Assembly: GCF_018977255.1 (NCBI RefSeq)
Contig: NW_024704742.1
Span: 15,812,001 to 15,876,000, forward strand
Direction of reading: 5' to 3'
From: Callorhinchus milii
Taxonomy: Eukaryota
Length of the DNA stretch: 64,000 nucleotides
In this document: positions 36,746-48,943 of the stretch, one piece after another
Layout of the letters: every line of letters starts with the position of its first letter
Position numbering within the stretch: position 1 is the stretch's first letter
Made by a program: the position numbers and the translations under genes
Notes under the pieces: generated by a model
Told to the model about the DNA's origin: nothing
The model's input: the letters and a program-made list of their open reading frames with translations, nothing else
The model's database searches: none

Positions 36746-36986
36746 ATTGTTATACATAATATTCTGCTGGTCAGTAAAGTAATGGAACTTGTCTGTGCAC
36801 TTTAAGATGGGGAAAATAAGTGGACATTGCCCAGGCTGACAATTTTCCCATTGAGTGGAAGTATGAACCACAGCTGTAATAACTGAAGCCCACATTGCCC
36901 TATACAGTACCAACAAGCTTGTGAAAAGTAGGAGAAAGAATGAGATACAGGGAGACCATGTTAAAACTCAGAGGTTTGAGTCGATA

Positions 36987-37201
36987 GACTAAGACCCTCT
37001 GTTATAATGAGATATGGTAAAAATGACTACCTTTCAGGTCACCAGATCATCAATTACATCATTTCCTGCAATGCCATGAATGTCACATTGTTTACGAACT
37101 GATATCAATGGTGACCTAATGATCTCCTAGTATAATAATGGACGATAGTAAAAACTGTGCTATAATTCACTTGGGTTGTGTTATAATGGGGTCAGCCTGT
37201 A
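36987..37201. mobile_element. Degraded pogo/Tigger-like MITE
   Basis: Right end gttataatggggtcagcctg-ta; left end has a degenerate gaccc..ttataa counterpart. Confidence 0.4.
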
Positions 37202-37324
37202 ACAATGAAATCAATTTTGTTGGTTTGAAATGAATGTAACAATGTTTAGCAATAAAAGTTTTAACCTTTCGCTATTTCAATGCTATTTGATGCAAAATGT
37301 ATCAAGCAAACTAATTGACCAAGC

Positions 37325-37600
37325 GACCTCACAGCCAAGACCAATACTGTTCACACCTGACATCCATATTTGTGGAATTTAGAGTAGGAGTCACTGGATA
37401 GTGATCAGGAGCAGGAACCTTAACTGATTTGCCACCTACATTGCTCAGGGAATGGAAAGGTCAATTGTAAATGACCCTGCTGCTATTCTGGCTGAGTTTT
37501 TCTATCTTGCCACATGCTGGAGATTCAACCTGAGACTTTCAGACCTGAAAGACATAATTTAATTCTAAATAATGGCTCTACCAACCGAGCCATCAGGGAG
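37325..37600 (-). mobile_element. LF-SINE-like ancient tRNA-derived SINE (5' two-thirds)
   Basis: Minus strand: ctccctgatggctcggttggtag...caggttgaatc...ctcagcc...tacaattgacct...aaatcag...ggttcctgctcctgatcactatccagtgac...ggctgtga. Confidence 0.65.
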
Positions 37601-38149
37601 GTCCCTGTAGCAAACCATTTAATTAATGGTGGTGTTTCAGTCAAGGTCTGGTAAACGCTGCTCAGAATCATTTGCTGTGGGGATGCCTCAGTTCTTTGTC
37701 TTAGAATCTATCACAGGCATTTACGAGGCAGTTATGGTGTACACAGCCCAGATTGTAGTTGTGTGCAAAATAGAGGCAGGTAGGAATCAAACTTTTATTC
37801 TACATCCAAGAAATTTCACTGGGGTCTAGACCAATGCTATTTTTTGTAACATTTCAAAGTGCGCAGGATTGAACAAATTCTCAAATTCAGTTTTAAGCTA
37901 GTTTTATTGAGGTTCTTTTAAGATCTCAAAATTAAGACTGAATTTAAGAATTTGCTAAATTTTCCACAAATGCAAACGTAAGTAGCTGCTGCTCAAATTC
38001 CATACCACCAACTGGTGGAATCAGTGGGTAGGGATGCATGTCCAAGCTGCGGGTAGGAGTGGGTGGCAACACTCGCAGCAGAAAATTTTCAGGGAGTTCC
38101 TGCTACCCGCCATCCACCTAGTGAGTACTCAATGTACTGCAATATCCCA

Positions 38150-38431
38150 CAAAAAAGTATGAAGTGAATGACCAATTTTATCTGGAAGATTTGTGTCAGG
38201 ACATGAGGAGATACTTCCTTCTCTTTTCCAATAGTGCCATGGAATATTTAACGTTTACCTCAACCTTGGCTTCATGTCTCATGTGAAGGACGGCACCTTG
38301 AACAGTGCAGCACACCTTCTGCATTGGATTATCAGCTTAGATTTTGAGCTCAACGTCCCTACTTTCAAGATTGAACCCACAACCTTCTGACTCAGAGACA
38401 ATAGTACTACCAATTGAGCCAGGCTGACACC
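38150..38431 (-). mobile_element. Family-A SINE
   Basis: ttgaacccacaaccttctgactcagag...ctaccaattgagccaggctgacac is the reverse complement of the head. Confidence 0.85.
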
Positions 38432-38823
38432 TAAAGATAAAATAGAAGTTCAACTTAAAACATGTTTTTTGCTACTTCCCTTTTTAATTAATGATTCTCA
38501 TCTCAAGGCTAGGTTCACTCTGAATCACAAACAACGCTGATCCTGGGATGAAGCTCGCTTACTTGATCCCTGCATCTGCTGCTTTTGATCTGTTCACAAT
38601 GAAGAACACCCTCTGATTTTTTCTCTTTTCTCTGTGAGGAATTTCCTGCTTTCGCCTTCCCCTGACAGCACGTTGAACATTAGAAAATTGATGTATTGGA
38701 AATAACAGACAGTTTCAGTGGTAGGACACCTGAGAGCATTAACATCCTCACCAAACCAATTATTGTCTAAATTGAGACAGCACTGGTACTTGTCTAATGC
38801 AGTACAAGTCCAATGAATAAAAC

Positions 38824-39325
38824 GTGTCTCAACCTAGCTCAGTGGTAGTTGTCTCAACTCCAGCTCAGAAGATTGAGAGTAGCCCCATGGTGGGATGTGG
38901 ACCCACATAGTCTAAACTGACACTCCAATGCAGTGATGGGGGTGTACTGCATGGGTATATTCTTAAAATTAGAGCTAGGCCATTTAAGAATGAAATCAGG
39001 AGGCAGTTTTTCACACAAAGGGTAGTGGTAATCTGGAAATCTCTCCCCCAAAAGGCTGTGGTGCTGGATCCATTCACATTTTCGAGACTGAGGTGCTTAG
39101 ATATTTGTTAGGTCAGGATATCAAGGGATCTGGAATAAAGGCAGGTAATTCATGTTCAGGTACAGATCTGCCATGATCTAATCGAATGGTGGAACAGGCT
39201 TGAGGGGCTGAATGCCCTACTCCTGTTCCTTTGTTCCTATGACACAGGTGCCTTTCTTTGGGTGAGATGTTAAACTGAGGTCCCGTTGGCCTGTTCAATT
39301 ATACGTTAAAGATCCCATGGCGTCC
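38824..39325 (+). mobile_element. Family-A SINE interrupted by a CR1 3' fragment
   Basis: Head to ...gtgtactgcat (38952); resumes at aggtgcc...gagatgttaaac (about 39245). Confidence 0.8.
38953..39241 (+). mobile_element. CR1 3' fragment nested in a SINE
   Basis: cttaaaattagagctaggccattta...tttttcacacaaagggtagtgg..tctggaa...gaggggctgaatgccctactcctgttcctttgttcctatg. Confidence 0.9.
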
Positions 39326-40105
39326 ATCTCATCTCTTCTATCAGCACCTATTTTATACATCTTTATACACCTAATAACATGCTACAGGTTCATGCTTCAA
39401 ACAGAAGGGCCCAGAAGGCAATACAATATAACTAACATAATGGCAATCTATAATATTTATTCAATTAGAAAATCAGCACAGGTTAATAGATTGAGACACA
39501 CACGGAAGAATAAAAATATACTGGGGTTAAGAAGAAAGCATAGAGTAAGTATTAGTGATGTTTCAAAATGCAATAGAAGCAATAATAATGTGAACATTTG
39601 TGCTGTGTAACGTTTACATAGAAATTAGTGCTAAAATATGTACTCCTGCAGGGAATGGTCAGCAAGAAGCTCACATCCTCCACATGGTATGTTGTTTATC
39701 ACAGCAAAACAATAGCAAGCTTTATTTTCTGAACCATCAGATCAGAAACTTGGAGGCTGCATTGCCACACAATAAAGTATTTGGGACTTCAGGATGGAAC
39801 TGAAGCAAAATTCTCACTCCTCAAAAGGTGATTCATTGTAGGTTAGCTGTTACTGCAAGTAACTGTAGGCAGTAAGTTAAGAAGTCAATTGAAGGGGATG
39901 AATTCTCTAGAGGAAAAACATTCTGTACAAAGTAATCATCTAGAAAGAGTGGAGACAACATTCAAAATGGTATTTCTTTCTGTAGCAAAGAATCTTTGCT
40001 TTTGGACACTACCTGGGAACTGTCTCCTCCAATTTTAGGTTGATCCGGTGAAGTTTGTTATGGGGAGGATTGTGTGCATTCTGTAATCACTGCTGAGTTC
40101 AATTG

Positions 40106-40560
40106 TGTCAGCCTAGTTCAGTCGGTAGCATCCTTGCCTCTAAGTCAGAAGATTGTGGGTCCAAGCTCCAAGTCAGGACTTAGAACCCATATATTCTATG
40201 ATGATGCTCCAATGTAATGCTGGAGGTGTACTGCATTGTTGTCAGTGCCATTGTTCGGGTGAGACATTAGGTCCTATCTGCCTGTTTTGGTGGACAATAA
40301 AGATCCCATCGCACTATTTGAAAAGAGAAGGGAGTTTCTCTCTCAGTGTCTTGGCCAACAGTAGCCCAAATAAAATTGGTAATCCACTCCATGGCTGTTT
40401 GTGGGATACTGTTGTGTGCAAATTGGCTGTCACATTTGCCCACATGCAAATTACAAAGACACACCAATCTACAATATATCCTGTTAAGCACTTTGAGATA
40501 GCTCAACAATGTGATAAGGTGCTATATCAAATGCAAGATCTCTTATTGTTTATTATTATA
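40106..40560 (+). mobile_element. Complete family-A SINE
   Basis: Full head, body and tail colinear with 34752-35190. Confidence 0.9.
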
Positions 40561-41429
40561 AGAGGGGAGGATACTTTGGACTAGGCTGGGAGATGATACT
40601 GGGAAGTGTGGGGCCAGCTGAGTATCCCTGTGTTTTTACCATATTCAATTTTGCTTAATTTCCAGTGGACAATACAACACAACTTAAGCTTCTATAGCCC
40701 CTTTCACATTGGGAAGGATGTCCCATTGACAATTCTGGCTGACATGCCAGAGATGTTTGGCTTCAGTTCTCACTATATTTTTCATGACTAATTGAATTCA
40801 CATAAGTAACAGGTCTTTCAAAGATAAACTAATTTACAGTGAGTAAAGGATTACTCAGCCGAATGGCTAATACAAGAGTATCCATAACAGACTGTGAGTT
40901 GCGCATTATGTTTATCTTTGGTTACTTATGTAAAGTATTTGAAAGCAAACCTTTAAAGGTTGAGGTCAATTTGACAAAAGTCTCTGGCTATACAAAGATT
41001 GTTGCAGTTATCTATTCTGAACATATGTGTGCAACAGAAATCTCTCCAGTTAAAAGAGAGAGAAAATATTCCAACAAACTTGCAAGAGAAAATACCGTGC
41101 TATTTAACATAAATTCCGCAAGTTCAATTTTTGTCACTCAGACTATAATCAAATCAACAACCACTTATTATTTCCCTTTCCTCCAAATATCTTTAGCACC
41201 TTCTCTTTCATTCATATTTCCTATTAAACAACATATAAGTATGTAATTTGCTTAATAATCATTTTGATCACCATTGCTGATATAGAAAGCACCAAACAGT
41301 AAATAATAGCACACACAAAAGCAGGACTTAGGGTGAATTGCTATTTACACAGTATTACTATTGTATACCATGAACAACAGAAAGATCTTTAGAAATGTCT
41401 AAAAGGACTTATGACTTCTATTTGAAGCA

Positions 41430-41590
41430 AATAACAGCAACAGCAACAATTTTACATTGATATTGTACCTTTTACGTCAGAAAGACATCTCAAAGCGCTT
41501 GGTCCGGGGTGGGGGCGAGGAGATGGGTCGGGGTGGGAAGAGGAGGGGGCAGGGGGGGGGCGCAGTTGACCTAAAGTACAGTCGAAAAAG
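41430..41590 (-). mobile_element. L2 3' tail stub with a G-rich interior
   Basis: (aac)n-like end, ccttttacgtcagaaagacatctcaaagcgct, then a G-rich tract. Confidence 0.65.
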
Positions 41591-41609
41591 GTCTAAAATA
41601 ACACCTCAA

Positions 41610-41840
41610 GTTATTATTATAATAATCCTTGCATTTGATATAGTGCCTTATCACATTGCTGAGACGTGTTAAAGTGCTTCACAGAATATATTGTAAAGTG
41701 GATTGACTGCGCATTTATAGGTGCAATGTGGCAGCTAATTGTGCACAGCAGTGACCCACAAACATTTGTGGATTGTGTGACCACACTTTTATTTTGGAAA
41801 TATTATCCCGGAATCCACTAAAAAACGGTTTCCTACTTAT
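41610..41840 (-). mobile_element. SINE 3' half (family-B-like)
   Basis: aataatccttgcatttgatatagtgcc...gtgcacagcagtgacccacaaac. Confidence 0.8.
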
Positions 41841-42649
41841 TGATGAACACAAGTTAGATCAAGTAAAGTACTTATTTTTGTGCGCTGAGTACAGTATATG
41901 GATGTAATATTATTAATGGCATAAGGTGTTTGACAGGATTTAGCATTTTGGTTACATTGAACACTTGAGATACAATAATGTTTAAATACTGGTTCAAACT
42001 GCAACACTATTAATTCCAGTCATAACACTTGTAATCGTTCAACAAAAGATGATCTTATCTTTTCAAATGTAATCCTTTAAAATTATGGCAGTGCTTATTT
42101 TCCTGAGATCATGAGTAATGTCTCATTTCAGTTCTACAACTATTTCTGCAACCTTACTTCTACAATATCCACGTTAAGAATCTGAGCCTTTGAACCGGAT
42201 TTCATTCGGCAAAGGATAAACTGACTTCTTCTGGATGAACTCACATGGAAGCAACGAATGACTCATTTCTGATACTGCATGTTCTGGATACGGCTGCCTG
42301 TCTTCTGAATGCAGAGGACCTTCAAAATAGCAACAAGCCCCACTGCTTTTCCTGTCTCACTGCCTTTTTCTGATATTACAGTGGTTGTTGACTGGTTGCT
42401 AGCAATTTGGTCACATTTTTGATTTTAGTCATGATTTTAAAAAATATTATTGATTACACCTAGCAACTAGCTGGTCATCTCATGATAATCACCTCGCTAG
42501 TCAAATACATGTACATGTGAGCATGTATGCTTGTCTATGTGTGCATTTGTGTGTGGGTGCGTGCTTGTACGTACGTGCATGTGTGTGTACATTCATGTGT
42601 CAGTATGTGCTTGTGCATGTGAGGACAAAGTGGAGGTGGAAAGTATATC

Positions 42650-43265
42650 AGACTTAGTGGATGAAATTCTTAATGGTGGAACTTGACATTGAGGCATGGA
42701 GATGAGATGGGGAGGTGGCCATAAGCATTGTCAAAGAGGAAGGTTTTCAGATGTGATCTGAAGATGGGCAAGGAAGAGGCAAGGAGGAGGGATAGAGGCA
42801 GAGAGATCCAGATTTTGGGGGAATAGAGACTGAAAGCATGGTCGACAATGGTGGGAGAAGGGACATGAAGGAGGCAGGAGACAGCTAAGTGAAGGAGGTG
42901 GTGAGTGGAGTGGTGTGTAAGCAGGTCAGAGAGGTAGGGAGGTGCCAGAGCGTTAAGTGATTTCTACGCAAGTGTGAGGATATTGAAACAATCTGTTCTG
43001 CTATAGGTAGCCTGCCAAGAAATGTGGTGATGTGGATTGCAGCGTTTTGTACGGGTTAAGATAGGGGCAGCAGAGCTTTGAATTAATCAGATTTTATGGG
43101 TGGTGGAGCTGGCGAGAATGGAACAGAAGGCATTGGAAAAATCGAGTTGGGAAGTGACAAATGGGTGGATGAGGGTTTCAGCTGCGTTAGGTATGTGGCA
43201 TTATCGAAGGTGGGTGAGATGACGGAGGGGGAGAGAAGCAGTCCTTATAAGAGACTGGATGTGGG
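42650..43265 (-). mobile_element. Old L2 3' fragment
   Basis: tcaaagaggaagg...gactgaaagc...gtgaggatattgaaac...ggcattgg..aatcgagt...gtgacaaatg is the reverse complement of L2 C-terminal coding sequence. Confidence 0.7.
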
Positions 43266-45764
43266 GTACTGTTCTCTGATTCTATGCCAGTGCATTCAAT
43301 AAGTGGTCTCTGTTTGGTTGACATATGTTTTGGACTTTTTGCACTTGCAAATTTTAATGGTTTAATGTTGTATTGTAGAACATTTATTAGTTAGAATGAT
43401 TTTTTTTGGCATTGGAGGATAATGCGCAGAGCAATTTGAATGCTCCGATTGGTTATTTCCTTTTCAGCGCTGCTTACATTGTGTTCACAAATAGCATTCA
43501 AGTGATAATAAAATATTTAGAAGTTCCAGGGTTATAGGACTGCAACTCTGTTTTTGGGCTGAAGCTCATGCAGAAGCTTTGCTTAACGATTTGCTATGGT
43601 AGTGAAAGTCAAATATTTTGTCTCACTGTCCTATTTCTGTCTACTTTGTAAAATGTTGGGGCTTAACATGGGGCAAAATCATGTAGTGTATTTCACCACA
43701 AAATACACACAATCACACCAATTTACAGAATATCCTGTGAAGTGCTTAAAGACATCTCAAAGACATGATAATGTGCTATATCAAATTTATTTAATAAATC
43801 CAACATAATTGTTTACAGCGTTTTTCACAACATGGGGTTTTAGGATAGTTACAAAATATACTATCAAAACATCCCAAGTAACAATGATTTTTTTTAAAAA
43901 AAGCATACATTTCATAACATTGTGGATATTGACATATTTTCCTTGTTTTTGCTTATCCAAGTGACAGTGATTGCCTTTAAAGTAAGCAATGTTGTTTGCT
44001 CAGCTTTTTCAAATTAAACAGCTTTGTTTATTTTAACATTAACATGCTGGATTCCTAACTGGTTAGATTGATGAGAGGAGTACTGCCTTTGCTTATTTGT
44101 TTTCTGAGCTCCTAGGGAGCATTTTTAATTGAGGAGGGTGGGCTTTCACTCTAAGAAACTATCTCAATTGTCTCCAGTATTGTGGGAGAGAAAAGCGCAC
44201 ATCACTTACCCAATGTCATTCTGGTGGATCGATGAGCCCTGGAACACACTATGTTAAATATTTCTGGCATTATTTGGTTTATGAAGCTTTAGTTCATCGT
44301 GTGCATCATTTGTATCTGAGGTCTATTGCCAAGTGTCGGTTTAGGTCTTGCAAAACATTTACTTGAAGGGCAAGAGTAATACTGAGAAGACTAGCTCTCA
44401 TTTACTTAGTGTCCTTCACTTTCATTTTGTCCTCTATTCTTTCTCCACTTCTCTGCAGAGAATTATGGGCCTTTTTTTAAAACAAACTTTAAATCACTAA
44501 AATCAGGAGAGGAATCCCTGTATATATGACATTCATATACAGAAAACATAAATAGAATATATAGAATACCCTGAGGAAATCCTTATTTATAATTTTGTTA
44601 GCTTCTGACTCAATTATTCCAGTGCCCAACTCACCAATCTCTCCAGCACATCCATGTTGTTGTTGTAAAACTATTAATCGTGAAAAGCTGTAATGTATTG
44701 AAAGATAAAACTGCACTACTATTAAGTCCAATGGATTTTAACGATCCTCACAATCATTACAAATTGCTTCATTGCCTGGCACCTCCTTATCTCTCCAGCC
44801 TGCTTAATTCCCACTCCACAACCTGCCACCTCCACTCAGCTATAATTGAATCATTCTCTCAATCAGGCTGGTGAACTTTGTTCAATGTGCAGGTAGAGCT
44901 TTGTGTAAGAGTGATTAGATTTGCAAAACATCCAGTTCTATTTGCCTGTTGGCAGCTCTGCTTGTATTGTGTGTCTTGGAGGTTGCACCTAAGTTGCCTT
45001 AATTGGATTTTGTGCAGCAAAGATTTAGTAAACCAATTGCATCTAGTTTGCAATTCACCACTATTTGACTAAAAGTCAGATGAATTATTAAGTCACCGCA
45101 GCTTTGAATTGACAAGATCCATCGTAAAGCAGTAACCGAGGATGGCCTTCAAAAGACGCTGTTTTCATTTAGTGGCTGTTAAAGCTGAAATACAAATGGA
45201 GCAAAGTATCAGTGATAAGAAACATCTTTAGTGGCTCGCAGTTTTTGAGATTAACTTTTGTTAACATAGGTTCAATGCACATTGCTAAAAATTGCTTGAA
45301 TTTTTTTGGTAATTATCTGAAAAAAATCTTCGGTGCTAGATTTGATGGAAAGTTATTTTGCAGAAAAAACTGCAGTCTTTATTATACAGTCAGGACTTGC
45401 ATAACCTTGTGGTATCAATGTGCCCAGAATATATCTTGCAGGAAGAAGGAATGGTGCTGATCAAATGCAGTATTAGGACTTGTACATCCCCCCAACTGTG
45501 TTATTACGGGGTTGGAATGTATATGAGATTTTATAATCAGGAAAGGTGAAGGGTCAAGTTGACAAAAATGGGCCTGAACCAATAATTTTCATCTACAACC
45601 GTAACATTTTGTGGACTAAAAATTGAATAAAAGAAGCTTGTAAATGTTAGTTTATTTTGTAATTTTTGCCTGAAGGATTGGAACATATACAAGTTTTCAA
45701 CTACTGAGTTTTATCTATCCAGTGAACCCTATTAGAAAATGCATGATTGCACACAGCAATGGGT

Positions 45765-45930
45765 TCTGCTGTGAGGCATGACTACAGTTGAATAGGCTGC
45801 CAGCACTCTCCTCTGAAACATGATGAAGAATGGCCACTTAAGTGAGTCATTGGACAGTTACCAGCACCAGTGGAAATGCACTCAAGTATGAATCTGAACC
45901 ATAAAGTGAGGAGACGAGAAAACTGGATCA
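45765..45930 (+). mobile_element. LF-SINE-like 3' fragment
   Basis: gctgtga...aataggctgccagcactc...atgaagaatggccactt...cagtggaa...gaggag..gagaaaa. Confidence 0.55.
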
Positions 45931-47504
45931 AGAAAGAAATATAAAGGCAGTACATGGATATTTGTCTGATGAGATATTTTAACCATTACCAAATAACCCA
46001 GGAATGATAAAATCACAAACTGCTTCATTGCATGTCATGGGATGAATGTATGTCACCTCCCAGCTTTGTTCAATTCTTGATCTAAACCACAGAGAGCAGA
46101 GAAGGGCTGAACAGAAGCTGAAGCTTCTTGTAGAGGCAAGAAAAGGAGAGTCATGTCTGGATAATAACTCTTGCCCCTCCAGTGTTCAGACAGAAAAACA
46201 TTTGCCTACTGTTTAAGTATTAAAGTCAAATTCACCTGAAAGCAGAGAATAGCTTGCATGTACATTTAGAGGTATAATAAGGTGGTAACTCCACCCCGTC
46301 ATAATAATAATGTATTCAGATCAAGACTGAAAAAAGAGAGTAATTCATTTTCTGCTTCATGAAGACATATGTATTTGTATGTGTAGGTTTGCTTGTGGGT
46401 GGGGGTGGGATGGAGGGGGAAAGAAAGATCTCCTATTTATCTAGAAAGGCAAGGAAAATCTGATCCAAGTTTCTTATTTGTCAATTTATTTAGATTTCTC
46501 TTGAGTTATTGAAACAAGATATTTCAATAATGTGATATTCCCTCTGGAATTCTAATTGATCCCTTGAAGCTCAGCTCTAGATTGTCCCAGATCTGAGATC
46601 ATTTGGGTAAATATCTACAATGGTAGCATTCCTTCAAGAATGAGTCCCCATTCACGTGACTCAGATCCCTTATTAAGAAATTCCACAAATTAGATCTTGC
46701 CCGCTATTTAAGCACTCTGAGATGCTACCCTGTGTGGAGGGCACTATATAAGTGCAAGTCATTGTTGTTTTATCTAAATAGATGGTACTTAACTGCAGAA
46801 AATACAGGGCAACCTCATTATACTGTGGTGTCTTAGATATAAATGATTTAATAAGTTTGCAAAAACAATGGTTGCTGGTCCCACTTTCAGGTTGTCAGTT
46901 CATTGCTGACATCACTTCCCTCATACCGTGCATGTGCATGATGCATACCAAGTGATATCACAACACTTCCTGTGCTCAGGAAGTGTCATTAGTGGTGACC
47001 TAATGAGCCATAGTTTAATGCAGGAAGCCAGCTTGTCAGTGCTGGAAACCAGGTACTTCCCAAATAGCAGGGATCCACAGTAAACCTGTGCTGTAAGTAA
47101 ATCCACACTTAACTGGGCATGTTCTAATTGATTGTTCTTATTATAGGGAATTAAACCTGACTTATATTAGTCACTCCATGTGTGAAATATCTTGATACAT
47201 GTAATCATGAACAATCCATTAAACACATGGTATTCTTTAATAGAGAGATGGTAAGACGCTGTTGTAGTTCTTTTATTTTTTAATTCATTTTATTTACAGT
47301 TTTATGTGGGATTGCTAGAACAATTAAATATTTGAAATACCTTTTCTGTCATTCATATGCAATCACACCATATGGTTAAGGTTTCATGTGTAACTAATAG
47401 CTGGTTAAATGTCATGCTCTATTAAATCTATAAAGGATGTTGCTTCAAGTACTGGAAAGGGCATTGCTTTTTATTTAGGAGCTTTTTTGTTTTGAATAAC
47501 AAAA

Positions 47505-47793
47505 TTATAATAATCTTGCATTGATACAACAGGATTTATAGTGACTGTATTACGTGCATATCAATGTCCCACAAATAGCCATATACATGACCAATTGTAG
47601 CTGGGGGATCAATTGTAGCTGGAGAAACCATCTTCTTTTTTCAAATAGTGCTGGGGGATCCTTAAAGTCTGGGTAAGATAAGCCCAGATAAGATCTTGGT
47701 TTCTTGTCTCATCCAAAGAGCAGTTTTCCTGGCAATGAGATACTCTCTCACCCCATCCCCACTACGCCCACTGCAATAGAGTGACAGCCTACA
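47505..47793 (-). mobile_element. Diverged family-A SINE, broken at the hAT insertion
   Basis: aatcttgcattgata...tgtcccacaaatagcc...tcaaatagtgc...tctcatccaaag...cactgcaatagagtgacagcct. Confidence 0.7.
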
Positions 47794-47794
47794 C

Positions 47795-48943
47795 TTGGGT
47801 TGGGCAAAATATGGCCTACGAGCCATATCCGGCCCGCCAAATTATTCTATCCAGCCTGTCATTGTGCCTAGCAATATAAAAAATTATAGTTTGTTCAGTC
47901 CCAGAAAGTCGCACAAATTTTGCATTTGAATCAGACCAGGAACATCAGCCAATCACACTGCTTAGTTGTGCGCACGCTCCCTTAAGTGTTGAATCAGACT
48001 GACATCAGAAATGTACGGATCAGCAAATTTTCAAACACGTGCGCGCGGTAACCGTGGCAATACGTTTCACCGAAGAGGACGTTAATTCGAAATGAGTTTG
48101 TCAAAGAAGCGGAAAGTGGAGGCTGAAGGCAGAATATTCAACAAAGAATAGACTTCTAAATANTTTTTTTGCCAGTGTGGGTGGAAAAGCTGTGTGCTTA
48201 ATTTGCAAAGAAAGTGTGGCAGTGCTCAAAGACAACGACTTGAATCGCCATTTTGAGAGCAAACATGCTTGCAAATATAAGAAAGTTTCTGCCGAAGGAA
48301 AAGGAAAGAAAGCCAATTAACTGGTTGTTTGAATGCAAAAAGAGCAAAGTCTCTTTTTTGCTTCGCAGGATGAGATTACAAGAGTGAGTTATGTGATTGC
48401 ACACAAAATCGCCAAGAACAGCAAACCATTCTCTGAAGGAGAATTTATAAAGAAATGTATGATTGACTCAGCCTTGATTTTTCTGCCCAGACAAGAAAAA
48501 ACAGTTTGAGAACATTAGCTTGTCAAGGCGAGCTATTGTGAGACGTGTCGAGGATGTCTCTGAGAACCTGTATCTACAGTTACAAAATAAACAATTTTGC
48601 ATGTTTCTCACTGGCACTCGATGAGAGCTGTGATGTCAAAGACACAGCCCAGTTGATAATTTTTAATCGAGATATCACCAAACATTTTGAGCTCACAGAA
48701 GAATTGGCATCAATGCAGTCAATGAAAGATACGACAACTGGAGAAGACTTTTTGGATGCAGTAAATCTTGAAATTAGGAGTGGAATGGAAAAAATGGTGA
48801 ATGTGACCACCGATGGAAGCCCAAATCTGACAGTCAAAAATGTTGGGTTCCTGAAAAGAATTCAAGATCAAGTGAAAGAAACAAATATAGAACAGAATAT
48901 TGTTTACCTACACTGCATTATCCACCAAGAGGTCCTCTGTAAG
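47795..48943 (+). mobile_element. 3'-truncated hAT DNA transposon (Buster/Charlie/SPIN group)
   Basis: Charlie-type end ..gggttgggcaaaatatggcc..cgagcc..atccggcccgcc followed by a transposase pseudogene; no right TIR seen. Confidence 0.85.
48092..48943 (+). pseudogene. hAT transposase remnant (SPIN/GTF2IRD2-like)
   Basis: MSLSKKRKVEAEGRIFNKE*...AVCLICKE...LNRHFESKH (BED finger), SKPFSEGEFIKKC, FSLALDESCDVKDTAQL, VTTDGSPNL, HCIIHQEVLC; stops and frameshifts; ends before the catalytic E. Confidence 0.9.

Noticed and set aside
42505..42620. Alternating purine-pyrimidine (TG/CA-rich) tract, Z-DNA candidate
   Set aside because: Degenerate microsatellite, common in vertebrate DNA.
48163..48163. 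Single ambiguous base n
   Set aside because: Assembly ambiguity, not a biological feature.
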